Below, piece by piece: positions 26,417-27,242 of a DNA stretch of 27,242 bases (its first letter is position 1; each line of letters opens with the position of its first letter). The DNA is from Armatimonadia bacterium. Lineage in GTDB: Bacteria > Armatimonadota > Zipacnadia > Zipacnadales > UBA11051. The notes beneath the pieces were generated by a model, which made no database searches, had not been told where the DNA came from, and saw nothing but the letters and a program-made list of their open reading frames with translations. Made by a program: the position numbers and the translations under genes. The stretch covers positions 1-27,242 of the forward strand of contig JBDKRC010000164.1 in NCBI GenBank assembly GCA_039683575.1, given 5' to 3'.

Positions 26417-26458
26417 CAGGGGTCAGGAATCAGGGGTCAGGGGTCAGGGGTCAGGGTC
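26417..26458. repeat. Heptamer repeat (TCAGGGG)n
   Basis: caggggtcaggaatcaggggtcaggggtcaggggtcagggtc. Confidence 0.75.
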
Positions 26459-26484
26459 CGAAACGACGGTAACGGCGGGAAGGG

Positions 26485-26538
26485 CCCTCACCCCCGGCCC
26501 CTCTCCCATGCGACTGCGGACCGTCGCCGGGAGAGGGG
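26485..26538 (+). repeat. CCCTCACCCC..CCCCTCTCCC...GGGAGAGGGG palindromic element
   Basis: 10-bp stem (26498-26507 with 26529-26538) preceded by CCCTCACCCCC; a widespread REP-like family. Confidence 0.65.
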
Positions 26539-26572
26539 AGAAAGGCGTGTGGGAAGGACGGAGCTTGGTGGT

Positions 26573-26660
26573 CAACATGGGGACGGAGCCTTGGCGCGAA
26601 TGCGCCGGATTGAGTGCTGGCGAGGGGACGGTGGCGCGCAAAGGCTCCGTCCCCATGTTG
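26573..26660. repeat. Perfect 20-bp inverted repeat
   Basis: CAACATGGGGACGGAGCCTT (26573-26592) / AAGGCTCCGTCCCCATGTTG (26641-26660). Confidence 0.85.
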
Positions 26661-26702
26661 GGTGAGGGGTGTCGGGGACGGCGGAGGCGGGCTGGGGAGG
26701 CC

Positions 26703-26787
26703 GGAATGGGGACAGACCCCAGTTTCGCATTGGGGGAAGGCGGGAAGAGGCTGGGAAGGTTGCGAAATTGGGGTCAGTCCCCATTCC
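26703..26787. repeat. 27-bp inverted repeat (2 mismatches), GGGGACAGACCCC family
   Basis: GGAATGGGGACAGACCCCAGTTTCGCA / TGCGAAATTGGGGTCAGTCCCCATTCC. Confidence 0.85.
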
Positions 26788-26885
26788 TGGGGAAGCGCGG
26801 GAGGCGAAGGGGGGGCTGGGCCGGATGCGCGTCGCGGACGTTCCGTCCGCAAGACAGCGCACTCGGCCCCTCCAACGGCGTAGTG

Positions 26886-26916
26886 GGCGCCCCATCCTTG
26901 AGGAGGATGGGGCGCC
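26886..26916. terminator. 13-bp stem hairpin between convergent genes
   Basis: GGCGCCCCATCCT-TGAGG-AGGATGGGGCGCC followed by TTT; 10 bp from the TGA at 26926. Confidence 0.5.
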
Positions 26917-26925
26917 TTTGGGTTC

Positions 26926-27240
26926 TCAGGGGGCCAGGGCTTCGTGGGTTTCTTTCAGCTGCTCGATGATCTTGATCTTCTGCGGGCACTAGGGCTCGCA
27001 CTGGCCGCAGGCTCTGCAGGCGGAAGCGTCGGTTTCGCCCTTGTCGTTTTCCTTGCTTAGCTCGGCGTACATTTCCCTGGCGTGGGCGGTGAGGCCCCAG
27101 ACGCGGTGCAGGTTGATGGCCGCGAAGGCTTTGGGGATCGCTACGCCCTGCGGGCAGGGGAGGCAGTACTCGCAGCCGGTGCAGTAGAGCTCGGCGAGCT
27201 TTTGATTGTCCTGCAGGGCCTGGTTGATGGCCTCGATCTC
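26926..27240 (-). CDS. 3' end of an Fe-S dicluster protein (probably aldo/keto reductase with C-terminal 4Fe-4S domain), with an in-frame TAG at 26991-26989; 5' part outside the window
   Basis: Manual translation (not in the ORF track): EIEAINQALQDNQKLAELYCTGCEYCLPCPQGVAIP...DASACRACGQCEP*CPQKIKIIEQLKETHEALAP-TGA. Confidence 0.8.
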
Positions 27241-27242
27241 GG

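Overview
High-GC bacterial chromosomal window from a diderm organism. The gene content is compatible with a Terrabacteria-type diderm such as Armatimonadota, but this is inference only. The left half carries lipA and an outer-membrane biogenesis cluster: tamB-like, ECF sigma factor, bamA/Omp85, skp/ompH, a divergent Skp-like putative lipoprotein and lpxD. The centre has two convergent exported-protein genes (a DUF3370-like protein and a FecR-domain protein) around a lower-GC 600-bp spacer. The right half has a Ser/Thr kinase-PQQ propeller, a GNAT acetyltransferase, an MprF-like flippase/synthase, a large secreted CBM/glycoside-hydrolase-like protein and the 3' end of a probable Fe-S aldo/keto reductase. 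Intergenic regions are packed with many REP-like palindrome families. Most notable observations: (1) a strong C-rich to G-rich skew switch, independent of gene orientation, mirror-centred on the spacer, which holds a degenerate 223-bp duplication with phased A-tracts; (2) an in-frame TAG inside a ferredoxin Cys motif; (3) a REP array translated in frame inside the kinase; (4) a MITE with a 4-bp target duplication nested in a REP element. No rRNA, tRNA, CRISPR array or transposase was recognised.
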